This document shows positions 1-19,933 of a stretch of DNA of 64,000 nt, in pieces. The position numbers and the translations under genes are program-made. The notes beneath the pieces were generated by a model. That model was not told where the DNA came from and ran no database searches. It saw only the letters and a list, made by a program, of their open reading frames with translations. The stretch is from NCBI GenBank assembly GCA_950097015.1, contig CATNEN010000007.1, positions 1,612,001-1,676,000 of the forward strand. Direction: 5' to 3'. This DNA is from Macrostomum hystrix (Eukaryota > Animalia > Platyhelminthes). The first letter of the stretch is position 1, and each line of letters opens with the position of its first letter.

Positions 1-36
1 TTTGCAGAAATTTCGAATCCCCAATTCTCCCCCCAG

Positions 37-2482
37 GCTGTGGGACTGCTGGCTGTGATTATCACCGCGGTGTGGATGTCCGCCTATCACGGCGGCTTCA
101 GCTGGTCAGCCGACCGCGTCTTCAACTTCCACCCGCTGTTCATGGTCATCGGAATGGTGTTCCTCTATGCTGACGGTGAGTAGCGAAGCCGAGGAAACTG
201 CCGGCGGAGTAGATAGGGGAGATGGAGACACTGAGAAGTAGATAGGCGATATGGAGACACTGAGAAGTAGATAGGCGATATGGAGACACTGAGAAGTAGA
301 TAGGCGATATGGAGACACTGAGAGGTAGATAGGGGATATATGGAGACACTGAGAGGTAGATAGGGGATATATGGAGACACTGAGAGGTAGATAGGGGATA
401 TATGGAGACACTGAGAGGTAGATAGGGGATATGGAGACACTGAGAGGTAGATAGGGGATATGGAGACACTCTAAAGTAGCTAGAGGAGTTCGAGACACTG
501 AGAAGTAGATTGAGGAGATAGAGACACTGAGAGGTAGATAGTAGAGAGTAGCAGACACTGAGAGGTAGATATGGGATATGGAGACACTGAGAAGTAGATA
601 GTGGAGAGTAGGAGACACTGAGAGGTAGATAGGGAGATGGAGACTCTGAAGGGTATCCATCTCTCCAAGAGGAGATTAGGAGAGAAATTTATATGTGAAT
701 ATCGTTGGAGAGTGATAGCTCTCTAATTAGTCATGGAAAGGTGAGCGGAACCCGAAGCAAGTTGTACAGCCCAGAATCTCTGTAAATTAATTCTGCTCTC
801 GCCTGGCACGAGAGCTGGGCTTCGGTGGCAATTATTCCAGTCTCACAGGTTAGTTAAATTAAGTCTTTAAGATGAAGCCAGGTTGCAAATCGCGTACCGA
901 TTTAATTTCCGCTCTGGAACTCGTCATTACTCAAATTTAGGCTTGTGACTCACAGAGCATATATATTAAGTAGGCACGTGCTTTTCCCAATTTATCTCCT
1001 GCTTATCCTCAGCCAACCAGAATAAACTTTGACTTATCCGCTTTATCCCTAAATTACGCGATTTATCCCGAAATTATCCATGGAAATTTATCCCCAATTT
1101 GTCTTCTGCATTCTATCATTTATCAATTTATCATTAACCTACCCTGTATATCCCCAACCACCCAATCGATCCCCAACCTACTCAATCGATTTCAAACCTA
1201 CCCAATCGATCCCCAACCTACTCAAGTGATCCCCAACCTACCCAAGTGATCCCCAACCTACCCAAGTGATCCTTAACCTACCCAATCGATCCCAACCTAC
1301 CCAATCGATCCCCAACCTACCCAAGTGATCCTTAACCTACCCAATCGATCCCAACCTACCCAATCGATCCCCAACCTACCCAAGTCTCCAACTTCCTATT
1401 TAATTCCCAAGCCACTTATTTAGTTCCCCTACTCCCTGATTGCTCCACGAACATCTCTTATCCCCATCCTGACTCTAATCTCCCGCCGTAGGCATTCTGG
1501 TCTATCGCGTGTTTCGCAGCGTCAAGAAGTTCCGCGTCAAGATCATCCACGCCTCGCTGCACATCCTGGCCCTGATCTTCGCCATCGTGGGCCTGAAGGC
1601 GGTGTTCAACTCGCACAATCTGGCCACCCCGGAGCCGAGGCCCAATCTCTACAGCGTGCACTCTTGGCTAGGCCTGACCTGCGTGATCCTGTTCTGCCTG
1701 CAGTGGGTCGGCGGCCTGGTGCACTTCCTGCTGCCGCAGACGCCACAGAATTATCGCAAGCTCTACCTGCCGCTGCACCAGCACTGGGGCGTCATTCTGT
1801 TCTGCATGACCACCGTCACCGCCATCACCGGAATCACCGAGAAGAACGCCTTCCACAAGTGAGCAGTCTTTGAGATGGCTTGGCTCGGCTTTGCCACTGG
1901 CTGTACATCGAAATGTGTCTCAATCTTGACAGATTGAATCTTTGATAAATGGGAGATTTGATAAATAGGATCTTTGATAGATGGGATATTTGATAAATAG
2001 GATCTTTGATAGATGGGATATTTGATAGATGGGATATTTAATAGATGGGATATGTGATAGATGGGATATTTAATAGATGGGATATTTGATAGATGGGATA
2101 TTTAATAGATGGGATATTTGATTGATGGGATATTTGATAGATGGGATATTTAATAGATGGGAGATTTGATAGATGGGATATTTGATAGATGGGATATGCG
2201 ATTGGTTAAAATTTTGACTGTGGGATCCCAGGTGTTTTATGGCATTGTTGGCATCATTATCCTGTTCCCGGCAATCAAATCCAATCAAATTAACACAGAA
2301 GCGCTTCGAGCCTGCCCGCCTGGGAGAAGCTGAGCAACTCCCTGGCCTTCATCCTGGGCATCTTCTGCATCCTGGTTGTCTACATTGTCCGCCGCGCCGA
2401 GTACAAGCGAGTTGAGCCGCCGCCAGAGCCGGACGAGGAGATGACGCTGCAGCAGCCCACGGACGAGGAGAAGACTGGCTGA
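37..2482 (+). CDS. CYB561: Cytochrome b561 family protein, 5'-partial; exons 37-175, 1492-1858, 2299-2482
   Basis: The spliced frame reads AVGLLAVIITAVWMSAYHGGFSWSADRVFNFHPLFMVIGMVFLYADG|ILVYRVFR...KIIHASLH...FNSHN...NLYSVHSWLG...LPLHQHWG...GITEK...SLPAWEKLSNSLAF...stop. The family motifs FNxHP, LYSxHSW and the haem-ligand His residues are present. Both junctions are GT-AG and in phase. Confidence 0.93.
205..655. repeat. Minisatellite, ~27-31 bp (gagacactgagaggtagatagggga[ta]tatg), cyb561 intron
   Basis: Tandem copies visible directly. Confidence 0.9.
1135..1385. repeat. Minisatellite, ~20 bp (cctacccaatcgatccccaa)
   Basis: Tandem copies visible directly. Confidence 0.88.
1945..2196. repeat. 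Minisatellite, 16 bp (gatagatgggatattt)
   Basis: Tandem copies in the cyb561 intron. Confidence 0.9.
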
Positions 2483-2509
2483 GTGCGACTGCAAGAAGTA
2501 GATGGCAAG

Positions 2510-3045
2510 TGAGAGAAGTAGAGTGCGAGGGAGAGAAGTAGAGTGCGAGGGAGAGTCGTAGAGTGCGAGTGAGAGAAGTAGAGTGCGAGTGAGAGAAGTA
2601 GAGTGGGAGTGAGAGAAGTAGAGTGGGAGGGAGAGAAGTAGAGTGGGAGGGAGAGAAGTAGAGTGCGAGTGAGAGAAGTAGAGTGGGAGTGAGAGAAGTA
2701 GATTGGGAGTGTGAGAAGTAGGGTGCGAGTGAGAGAAGTAGAGTGCGAGTGAGAGAAGTAGAGTGGGAGTGAGAAAAGTAGATTGGGAGTGTGAGAAGTA
2801 GGGTGCGAGTGAGAGAAGTAGAGTGGGAGGGAGAGAAGTAGAGTGGGAGGGAGAGAAGTAGAGTGAGAGTGAGAGAAGTAGAGTGCGAGTGAGAGAAGTA
2901 GAGTGGGAGGCAGAGAAGTAGAGTGCGAGTGAGAGAAGTAGAGTGGGAGGGAGAGAAGTAGAGTGGGAGGCAGAGAAGTAGAGTGGGAGGCAGAGAAGTA
3001 GAGTGGGAGGCAGAGAAGTAGAGTGGGAGTGAGAGAGGAGTAGTG
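2510..3045. repeat. Minisatellite, 20 bp (gagagaagtagagtg[c/g]gag[t/g])
   Basis: Tandem copies starting just after the cyb561 stop codon. Confidence 0.92.
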
Positions 3046-3455
3046 CGAGAGTAATAAACAGCAACTAGGGCTAGAAGTGCACAGGGTGGAGTAGAAAACG
3101 AGACGACTTGGGTTTGACCTGCTGTCACCACTAAGGTAGTAGTGTCAAGGAGTGATTGAAAAGCCTTCAGGTAATTAAAAAAGTATAGTTTAGAATCGAA
3201 AATTAAATTTGAACACTGAGATTTCATCCCAAGGCGGTTGGAGGTTTGGCCTTTAGACAAAGATAAAATTGGGTTTTTAATTGTTCTTATTTTCCTTCGC
3301 TTTAGTTAATATTTTAAATGTCAAAATGCTTACCATACTACTTAAACACATTTTAGTCCAGTTGTTGTGAACATTTTGAAATTGCGTTTTATCATTGCGA
3401 AATTCATCGATTTTCTGTTACAAAACCGTACCGGAAAACCTTTAAAATTAGAAAA

Positions 3456-3510
3456 CAAACAAACAAACAAACAAACAAACAAACAAACAAACAAACAAAC
3501 AAACAAACGA
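3456..3510. repeat. (AAAC)n microsatellite
   Basis: Perfect tetranucleotide run. Confidence 0.95.
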
Positions 3511-4371
3511 AACAAACAGGAACAAAGTACAGCAGATCATTTATCAGCATTTTCCTCTGGTCAGCTTTGTTTCTAGTTGATATTGTAGGGCATTTTTTAT
3601 TTTTGTCACACTCTGGATACTTTGTTTTACAAACCCATATAGACTGTCTTTTGGCGTTGTGTGGCTTTCTGTTCAACTTCACCTGTTTAACTGTTTACCT
3701 GTTTAACTGTTTATCTGTTATCGGTCTTCCCTTCTCTTCCCTTTCCTCTCGTGCGTTCTCTCTCTGACCCAGTTACTATATTTCCTGTCAGCTCTGTTAG
3801 ATTAGCAGCACTGACCGGATTGTCAGATTAACTAAATATCCAGCCTTTTGTCTTCATTTATTTAACCACACGCATTTCGTGTTTCCTGTCAGCTTTGTCA
3901 AACTACCAAATCGATTTTTTTGAGTTGTATTATTATTATTATCTTTCGTTAATTTATTGTTGTAACTTAAAGTTCGAAATCATATAGTAATCAATTATTA
4001 ACGTTTTCTTGTCTATTTTCTTAGATTTTCCGTATTGTGCATTCCCGGACCTTATTATAAATAAGAACTACAATAAATGATTAATAGTGTCCACTTTTGT
4101 CTTGTCTTTTTTCGCTTGTCTGTCAATGTGGTGTGACTTAAACTGCACTTATCTAATCTTTAATCATTCTGTGTATTGTACCGTGTTTTGTCCCTGATTC
4201 CGCGACTATAATTAAATATACAATCGATATTGAGTCGACAATATTGCAGATTGACTGTCTTAGAAATATGTTCGTCCGATGTTTACCCTCTAGCATTAAA
4301 AATTTTCGTCTCTTAGTTGTCTAATTTTTTTATCCGTTTTAAGGGACATTGCGATGATCGTTTGGCTGCAC

Positions 4372-4815
4372 ATATGTTAGACAGGATGGTGTCACATGTT
4401 AGACAGGATGGTGTCACATGCTAGACAGGATGGTGTCACATGTTAGACAGGATGGTGTCACATGTTAGACAGGATGGTGTCACATGTTAGACAGGATGGT
4501 GTCACATGTTAGACAGGATGGTGTCTCATGTTAGACAGGATGGTGTCACATGTTAGACAGGATGGTGTCACATGTTAGACAGGATGGTGTCTCATGTTAG
4601 ACATGATGGTGTCACATGTTAGACAGGATGGTGTCACATGTTAGGCAGGATGGTGTCACATGTTAGACAGGATGGTGTCACATGTTAGGCAGGATGGTGT
4701 GATATGTTAGACAGGATGGTGTCACATGTTAGACAGGATGGTGTCACATGTTAGGCAGGATGGTGTCACATGTTAGGCAGGATGGTATCACATGTTAGAC
4801 AGGATGGTGTCACAT
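4372..4815. repeat. Minisatellite, 22 bp (cacatgttagacaggatggtgt)
   Basis: About 20 tandem copies. Confidence 0.93.
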
Positions 4816-4930
4816 ATTATGATGTCTAAAAGATGTCGTTGAAGGCGATTGCAAAGACAGTGATTGAGATGTCAATAAAAGCGAATTGGTACAAAAGGGT
4901 AAAGTAGCTAAAAGTTCTGACCACATTTAG

Positions 4931-5080
4931 GGCTGCCAGCAGCCGCTCCAGACAGTGCTGTTCCTGCAGCAGCAGTCCGTGGCCATCAAGTCAGCGACTT
5001 CGGCAGCTGCGTCTGCTACCACAGCCGCCATCGCCGCCAGCACCTCGCCGCCTTTATTTAGTCCCAATACATATTTTTGA
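4931..5080 (+). CDS. Possible isolated terminal exon (GCQQPLQTVLFLQQQSVAIKSATSAAASATTAAIAASTSPPLFSPNTYF*)
   Basis: GC-rich island in AT-rich DNA, preceded by tttag. Open for 50 codons, with Gln/Ala-rich composition like neighbouring exons. No partner exon found. Confidence 0.25.
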   Translation, partial: GCQQPLQTVLFLQQQSVAIKSATSAAASATTAAIAASTSPPLFSPNTYF

Positions 5081-7259
5081 CAAAAAGATTTGCTTTATCT
5101 TTTACGTTTCTATCTACTGAGAGTAGCCATTTAATAACTAAAACTACTGTTCAGACTCTTCCATACAAGAGTCGGAATGCATACATCTGGCCAGGTGGCC
5201 CTAAAAGGGCCGTTTTACTAAATACAATTCAAATGTAAAAAGTAACAGTAATGGTTGTAAATACGCGCAAATGCAAATGCACTGCAAAACAGGTTTATAT
5301 TGCAATTTAGGCTTCAAAAACTTACGTGTTTGGTTTAGTTTGTCCAGTCTTTCCCGTTCAGCAACTCTAGAATCTGACTAGCTGCAGATCTGTCAGCCAA
5401 ATTAATGTCTGCAAACTGCACTATTTAAATTACGTCAGTGTTTCACATGTCAGTTCATGAAAACAATACGATTGTATCTGTCTTTTGCGGTAGTTACGCT
5501 CAAGGACAAGGAGAACTGAAGCCCTGTAAACCTCTTTGTAAAATACGCCTGCCTGGTGGCACTAAAAAGGGCCGTTTTAACTTAAATATGGTCTTGACAC
5601 AAATATTTTATGCACAAAGCTATATATGCAATAACTCGTTTATTTTAAATACCTTTTAACAAGCGTTGCTTGCTTAAAGTGTTGCTTTAGACAACGGAAT
5701 GTCCTAAATGTAACTTTTTGTTAAAAAAATTGCCATGAAATAAAGGCTGTCAAATGTCAATTTTAACAAACACCAAATCTGCTAGTACTGTTGCTGAGTA
5801 AGTGAAAAGCTTTTCTATCGTATTTTCGTTAAATATGTAACGTTTAGCTCGTTCTTATTTTCCTAGCTTAAACGCACCAAGCGTTTGAACCTTTTACAAT
5901 GGTATTTAATTGTCTAAGATACCAGTTCTGCATTTAATCACATTGAAATCATTTCTTTTTCTATTTTTTAGATCGTTAGTATTCTTTCCAACAATGCATG
6001 AACATATAATATAAAACACTTTTTGTAAGCTTTCAGAGCCAGAAGGTTATGCAAACCTTGTATTAAAAAGTTGACTAAACTTCAGTCTCCAAATTTGTCA
6101 CCAGCGCGCGTCAAGATAAGCATGTGCAAAACTAATAAACCAAAACAACAGAGGCTTAATACTTTATCTGTATGTATTGTACTTTTATTTTTAAAGCATT
6201 TTCTTATTTCATGCGAAATGTCCCATGTGAAATGGTTCATATTTGTTATACCCTTTTATAGTTATATTTCTTAGAACAGACGTAAATTAATTGAGACAAA
6301 GCAAATTCGAAGTGAAATAATTACTGAAGTAAACAAATAACACGCTTTAAAATCAAGAATTTATTTATATGCAAAAGACCACCCAAGACCAATAACTCTG
6401 CAAGTTGATTATCGTAGATCCTTTAGGGCGCTTCACGTGTACACAGCCTTCGATTTAATTGACTAATCAATCACTTTTGATTGATTTACTATGAAAACAA
6501 TAATAAATAACTATGCAGCTCAATCACTGATCACCGATTTGAGCGCATTGTATTATCGGGCAGTGCACGCGTGGAGGTCCCTGGCGTCTACACGAACCGT
6601 TTTTACCATAGACTATCAGGGGAATCGAGAAGTTAGCCGTACAATCCGACTCTCGGCGGGTGCTTTCAGTTGGCCACGATTTCAGATTTACAGCCATCGT
6701 GGACATTTGAAGCGCCTGAGAGAGCTGGACTTTCTGCACTCATGTGGCTCTTACCTGTCTGCTAGGAGAAGAAGACGAGCTATAGCGAGCGAAAGGAACA
6801 CTCGGGCAACGCGGAGCTTGACAGGACCCACACAGGTCTCCAGAGCCTCGCATATAATGCTTAAAATTCGTGGGGTGGTGGTCAGGCTTGGGGTGGGCTC
6901 CCGGCCGAGCGGGGTCCCAAACTGCTCGCGGCCCTGTCCCATTGGACACCGTCCCGGTTCGAGGCTTCACTGGCAATTTATTTTCTTCTCTAACCCTTCT
7001 GTTTTGGACTGTTGCATAATCGGTGTGGAAGAACTTCGATTTTTCACTGAGGGGCCCAGAAAGAGAGAAAGAGATGGATGGGTTGGGTGGCCCAGACAGT
7101 CTGACCTTGGGGGTAGAGCTGTTGCGTAATACCCAAAGTCTATTACTCGTATAGCAAAGCTGACTAATACCCAAGCCATGCCAATAATGTGGGCATTGCC
7201 TACACACCTAGAATGCTGACTAAAATGTCGTCCCCCTCACAATGGCCGTCCACAATCGA

Positions 7260-7420
7260 GCTCTTGCCTGAGTCACGAGGTGGCCGCGTGATTCGCGCCA
7301 TCTTCGTCACATGACTGCACGGGCACCCATTTCCAATGAGCAGAGAGCCTTCGTCACAACGGGGTCCCGCCACTCACGTCACAGACTGAAGACAGCCTTT
7401 GTTTAGCTAGGGGGTCCCTT
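7260..7420. promoter_or_regulatory. Promoter- or LTR-like motif cluster
   Basis: CpG-rich. Contains a YY1-like CGCCATCTT, cttcgtcaca twice, cacgtcaca (CRE-like half sites) and ccaat. Motif resemblance only. Confidence 0.25.
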
Positions 7421-7754
7421 CTAAAGGGGGGGCTTTGCTTGCCAAGCAGAATTGAAAGAAGATGGAACATACTCATACAAATAGATGAATCATTCGTTTC
7501 TGACACAATGTAGACGGCGTGCATTCTGAAGGAATTTCAAAGTCCAATTTTATTGCGTTCAAAACAAATTAGCATATAATATGCACTAGATATTTAATAA
7601 GATGTTAAAGAACTTTGAAGCCAAACAGGTTGTATGCATAATACGAGCGTAAGGTGAAGGCTAAGATGGGATATGGGATATTATTTGAGGAGGAAAGGAG
7701 GCGAAATAGGATATTAGTTAAAAAGGAAAAATATGATAAAAGGACGAATTAATG

Positions 7755-9205
7755 CAAAGAGGACAGAAGGGTGAATGCGAAGTGGACAGAAGGGTGAATT
7801 GGAAGAGGACAGAAGTGTGAATGGGAAGAGGACAGAAGTGTGAATGGGAAGAGGACAGAAGTGTGAATGGGAAGAGGACAGAAGTGTGAATTGGAAGAGG
7901 ACAGAAGGGTGAATTGGAAGAGGACAGAAGGGTGAATGGGAAGAGGACAGAAGTGTGAATGCGTAGAAGACAGAAGGGTGAATTGGAAGAGGACAGAAGG
8001 GTGAATGCGAAGAGGACAGAAGGGTGAATGCGAAGAGGACAGAAGTGTGAATGCGAAGAGGACAGAAGGGTGAATGCGAAGAGGACAGAAGGGTGAATGG
8101 GAAGAGGACAGAAGTGTGAATGCGAAGATGACAGAAGGGTGAATGCGTAGAAGACAGAAGGGTGAATGCGAAGAGGACAGAAGGGTGAATGCGTAGAGGA
8201 CAGAAGTGTGAATGCGAAGATGACAGAAGGGTGAATGCGTAGAAGACAGAAGGGTGAATGCGAAGAGGACAGAAGGGTGAATGCGTAGAGGACAGAAGTG
8301 TGAATGCGAAGATGACAGAAGGGTGAATGCGTAGAAGACAGAAGGGTGAATGCGAAGAGGACAGAAGGATGAATGCGAAGAGGACAGAAGGGTGAATGGG
8401 AAGAGGACAGAAGTGTGAATGGGAAGAGGACAGAAGTGTGAATGGGAAGAGGATAGAAGTGTGAATGGGAAGAGGACAGAAGTGTGAATGGGAAGAGGAC
8501 AGAAGTGTGAATGGGAAGAGGACAGAAGGGTGAATGGGAAGAGGACAGAAGTGTGAATGGGAAGAGGACAGAAGTGTGAATGGGAAGAGGATAGAAGTGT
8601 GAATGGGAAGAGGACAGAAGTGTGAATGGGAAGAGGACAGAAGTGTGAATGGGAAGAGGATAGAAGTGTGAATGGGAAGAGGACAGAAGTGTGAATGGGA
8701 AGAGGACAGAAGTGTGAATGGGAAGAGGACAGAAGTGTGAATTGGAAGAGGACAGAAGGGTGAATTGGAAGAGGACAGAAGGGTGAATGGGAAGAGGACA
8801 GAAGTGTGAATGCGTAGAAGACAGAAGGGTGAATTGGAAGAGGACAGAAGGGTGAATGCGAAGAGGACAGAAGTGTGAATGCGAAGAGGACAGAAGTGTG
8901 AATGCGAAGAGGACAGAAGGGTGAATGCGAAGAGGACAGAAGGGTGAATGGGAAGAGGACAGAAGGGTGAATGCGAAGAGGACAGAAGGGTGAATGGGAA
9001 GAGGACAGAAGGGTGAATGGGAAGAGGACAGAAGTGTGAATGCGAAGATGACAGAAGGGTGAATGCGTAGAGGACAGAAGGGTGAATGCGAAGAGGACAG
9101 AAGTGTGAATGCGAAGAGGACAGAAGGGTGAATGCGAAGAGGACAGAAGGATGAATGCGAAGAGGACAGAAGGGTGAATGGGAAGAGGACAGAAGGGTGA
9201 ATGGT
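7755..9205. repeat. Minisatellite, 23 bp (gaagaggacagaag[g/t]gtgaatg[c/g])
   Basis: About 60 tandem copies; explains ORFs 7714..9273 and 7749..9356. Confidence 0.95.
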
Positions 9206-9224
9206 AAGAAAGGAAAGAAGTGTT

Positions 9225-9878
9225 GGGGTGAGGGGCAGAGCTGTTTAACGCGATTGTCAATCTCTCGCACCAAGGTCCCTGAGCTCGATTCAGCGACGAG
9301 GCCAGTTGAATTTGAGGCGCAGCTGCGGTGAGAAGGCTTGGGGGCTTGTCGTGCAATTTACGTGCAAGTGGCCGCTAGAGAAAGTCACTGACGATGAGAA
9401 AGTCAGGGCAGATGTACACACCTGTGTGAGCGTATGCAAGCGTACAGTATCTGTGAGCGTGTGTGCTCAGGTTGTAGCCAGTGGTTAAGGCGTCGGACTC
9501 ACGACTTGAAGGTCGGGGGTTCGATTCCCGACTCCACTGGAACAATTTTGCCCTTTAGCAAGACACTCTGCATTGCTTCAGTTCACCCAGCTGTTAAATG
9601 GGTACCAGCATTAGCTGGGATAATTGAAGGTGGGTGTGGCGTCCCCCCAGTCAATGGACTGAACAGCTGTACGCAGCCTTCAGATGCGCCGCGCATTAGC
9701 TGCGGCTGTGCTGTCGGCTGCACATCTGACCCAATTGGGGCAGGTGTAATCAATTATTATAATAGAATTAGTGCTCAGGAGTCAGCGAAATGGGCACAAC
9801 TGCCTCCTCGCTGGCTGCGGGTCAAGTGTCACCAAATGTGCCATTTCCCGCAGCCCTCCTGCAGTTATTATTATTAAT
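9225..9878 (+). mobile_element. tRNA-derived SINE family A, interrupted by a family B SINE
   Basis: 9225-9471 and 9771-9878 are collinear with the intact copy at 34029-34400 (reverse strand). Degenerate A/B-box head and (TTA)n tail. Confidence 0.88.
9472..9770 (+). mobile_element. tRNA-derived SINE family B with a CORE-like domain
   Basis: A box tagccagtggttaagg, B box ggttcgattcc, CORE-like gcaagacact...cagttcacccagctgttaaatgggtacc. Flanked by the direct repeat gtgctcagg (9463-9471 and 9771-9779). Confidence 0.88.
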
Positions 9879-10344
9879 AGTAATATTTTTTATATAACGA
9901 AGAAAAGAGTGTCAATGTGAACAGGACTGGAGTTCAATAGTCGATTAAATTAAGACAATACGTGGGGAGGTGCACGCAGAGTGTAACTAACGTTCTACTG
10001 ACTCGTGATTGACCAGGAGCAATGAAATATTGAGTGCAAAATAAATTTTCATTTTGGCTTCAATATGATATTTATTAGCCTGTAATTTGATAGCTTAAAT
10101 GTATCACCTACACGAAACGAAAAAAGTTAAGAAAAAAGATTGAAATTAATACAAATTCACCGCTTTACACACAATATATGACATCTCATGGTTAGCTACT
10201 ATAAGTAGTAGATATCCTGCGCGTAGCGATACTTTAGTAAAATGAATTATTTTGTACATGTTATTTGTTTCTGGGATTTATTAAATTGCCACGAACGATA
10301 AAGTGCGATCGTGGTTTTAACTAATATCATTCAACTAATGTATA

Positions 10345-10915
10345 ATAGAGATGAGACAGGGGAGAGATGAGACGGGAGAGATGAGACAGGGTGAGATGAG
10401 ATGGAAGAGATGAGACAGGGGAGAGATGAGATAAGGGAAAGATGAGACGGGAGATATGAGACGGGAGAGATGAGAAAGGGGAGAGATGAGATGGAAGAGA
10501 TGAGACAGGAGAGATGAGACAAGGGAGAGATGAGACGGGAGAGATGAGAAAGGGGAGAGATGTGACGGGAGAGATAAGAGATAAGACGAGGGGGATGAGA
10601 CAGAAGAGATCAAACAGGGGAGAGATGAGATGGAAGGGATGAGACAGGGGAGAGATGAGATGGAAGAGATGAGACAGGGGAGAGATGAGACAGGGAGAGT
10701 TGGGACAGGGGAGAGATGAGACAGGGAGAGTTGGGACAGGGGAGAGATGAGACAGGGAGAGTTGGGACAGGGGAGAGATGAGACAGGGAGAGTTGGACAG
10801 GGGAGAGATGAGACAGGGAGAGTTGGGACAGGGGAGAGATGAGACAGGGAGAGTTGGGACAGGGGAGAGATGAGACAGGGAGAGATGAGGCCGGAAAGAT
10901 AAGACAGGGGAAGAT
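10345..10915. repeat. Purine-rich minisatellite (gagagatgagacaggg and variants)
   Basis: Tandem degenerate copies. Confidence 0.9.
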
Positions 10916-11509
10916 AAAACATGGTAAGAGTTGAAACAGAGAAGAGAGAAAGACACAATTGTGTTATGATATTTAGATAATATCTGATGTATTTCTATAT
11001 TTAGAAAGGCACCAAAGACACCATTAATTCTCCATTGTGTTATTACGATGAACCAGTAGTCAGCCAAAATCATATTTTGTGTTGGGAAAGCTTCATATAT
11101 GCTACGAGAGATAAGACGAGCATGCACTCACAATGTGATTGTGCTATTTTATTGCCAATGTGAAATAAATTCATACATTTATATCAGTTCACAAGTGAGT
11201 ACGCATTTAAAGCGAATAAAAGATAGTTTTGATTTTCGGCAAACTATTATTGTTCCATTTGAAATTCAATGCTAAAGCTAGTTTATTTAAATTTTTACAA
11301 GTCCAATCGACTATTTTTTTGTTTTTCTTTGCGTGAAAAATAATGCGCGCGACTTTGACTTTGTACTCAGATGGCCATCAAGCCCAATTCCTTCGAAGTC
11401 TTAATTGTGATTAATTAATAATTAGTGATTTTAGTTTCTATTCTTTGTTCTTAAAGCAGCATTACACGCTTACGGATTTTTTTGCTTTTGCCTGTTTAAA
11501 ATGTTTATA

Positions 11510-18624
<7,115 letters not shown>

Positions 18625-19192
18625 AATAATCTAAAATCAATTCGATTATCAATTCTTAACTTAGCACTTGTAGCATAGCCGTTGTTATTTATAAAGACGC
18701 GCTTTCTCAGAAAACAATAACGCCTTAAACTGCCAATAACATGGATTCTAATCTATTCAGCGAAACATTCTGCAATAAGACAAGCATTCGCTAATTCTCC
18801 TACTTATAGTATTGCATGCAGTATTTTTAGCTGACTCTGTTAAGAATTTAGCATACCCGGAATCTCATTCAACAGCATTCTTATTCTCGTAAGGGTGCTA
18901 AATGAGAAATATAAATTATATTTGTTTTTTTATACCGAAATTTAAAGAACTGATTAAATCATGTTATTAGATTGTAACTTTGCTATTCATTTTTGTTGAT
19001 TCACAATTTTAAATAACATAATAACATGCACAATTTGCACAATAACGTAATTAAATAATCAAGAATCAAACATGCATCAATCAAGCCTTAAATCGCTGTT
19101 GCAATCAGAGTATGTTATCAAAATAATAATAATAAAGCATAAGAATCCGTTACTCAAGTCTGATTCTCTTTTTGTGTTGATCGGGCTACAAT

Positions 19193-19933
19193 CATGGATG
19201 AATGAATAGAATGGATTGCTATTCTGGCTCTGGCTATTTTCCTTGTTGAGTCTTTTGCATCCGGTTCCCCCGTGCCTTTTCATTGGTTGATGATTGCCAT
19301 AGACAATTTTCGACCTTCGCCCCTTTCTTTCGATGCACAAGCGCAAAGAACTGAGAATGTCGGTTACTTGCAGAGATTATCGAGCGCTCGTTATTCCCTG
19401 GTTACTTGTTTGTCAATTGAAGTTGTTAATTGAAGCAGAGGAATGATAACAATTCCCCAGCAAATTACAACAGTAATGATTTCAGATTTTCATGTCGAGG
19501 GTGATGATGAGGGTGCGATGACAATGCTACAATATTGGATTACTGGCGATGCTTTATCTGATTTTTACTATTGGACTTATGAAATTGGTTTTAAAGTTCT
19601 ATTTCAACACAAGTAACTTCTATTTCGCCCAGAACAAAATAACGTCTAAACAAGCACGAATCAGTCGATTTGTCTACTTTAAATTCTCAGTTGCTTTCGC
19701 TCGTGTTTTGAAATAAAGGGGGAAGACCTACAAGCACGATTCGAGAGTCGATTCGTCTACAATAAAATCAGTTCTTTGCGCTTGTGCATCGAAAGAAAGG
19801 GGCGAAGGCCGAAAATTGTCTATGGCAATCATCAACCAATGAAAAGGCACGGGGGGGGGAACCGGATGCAAAAGACTCAACAAGGAAAATAGCCAGAGCC
19901 AGAATAGCAATCCACTCTATTCATTCATCCATG
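19193..19933. mobile_element. Non-autonomous TIR element (MITE), probably P superfamily
   Basis: TIRs of ~162-166 bp (19193-19354 and 19768-19933) starting CATGG. Perfect 8-bp TSD gctacaat (19185-19192 and 19934-19941). CANRG termini with a 7-8 bp TSD are typical of P elements. Confidence 0.85.

Noticed and set aside
1925-1945. ttgacagattga resembling 18S rRNA
   Set aside because: Only about 12 nt match, and the flanks do not resemble rRNA.
5191-5588. Degenerate ~35-bp direct repeat (tggccctaaaagggccgtttt) about 360 bp apart
   Set aside because: Too short and diverged to call an LTR pair or element ends; no TSD seen.
7714-9356. 519-aa and 535-aa ORFs, and similar ORFs at 106-660, 2285-3260, 10327-11127, 13069-13682, 31785-32605, 53204-54277 and 57826-58502
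   Set aside because: All lie within tandem repeats and simply translate the unit.
9388-9420. Hammerhead-like CTGACGA...GAAA in SINE A
   Set aside because: Only 3 nt separate CUGANGA and GAAA, so there is no helix II. There is no valid NUH site, and the bases are better explained by a simple hairpin.
9472-9545. tRNA gene
   Set aside because: A and B boxes are present, but there is no acceptor stem. The sequence continues into a CORE-like SINE body flanked by a TSD.
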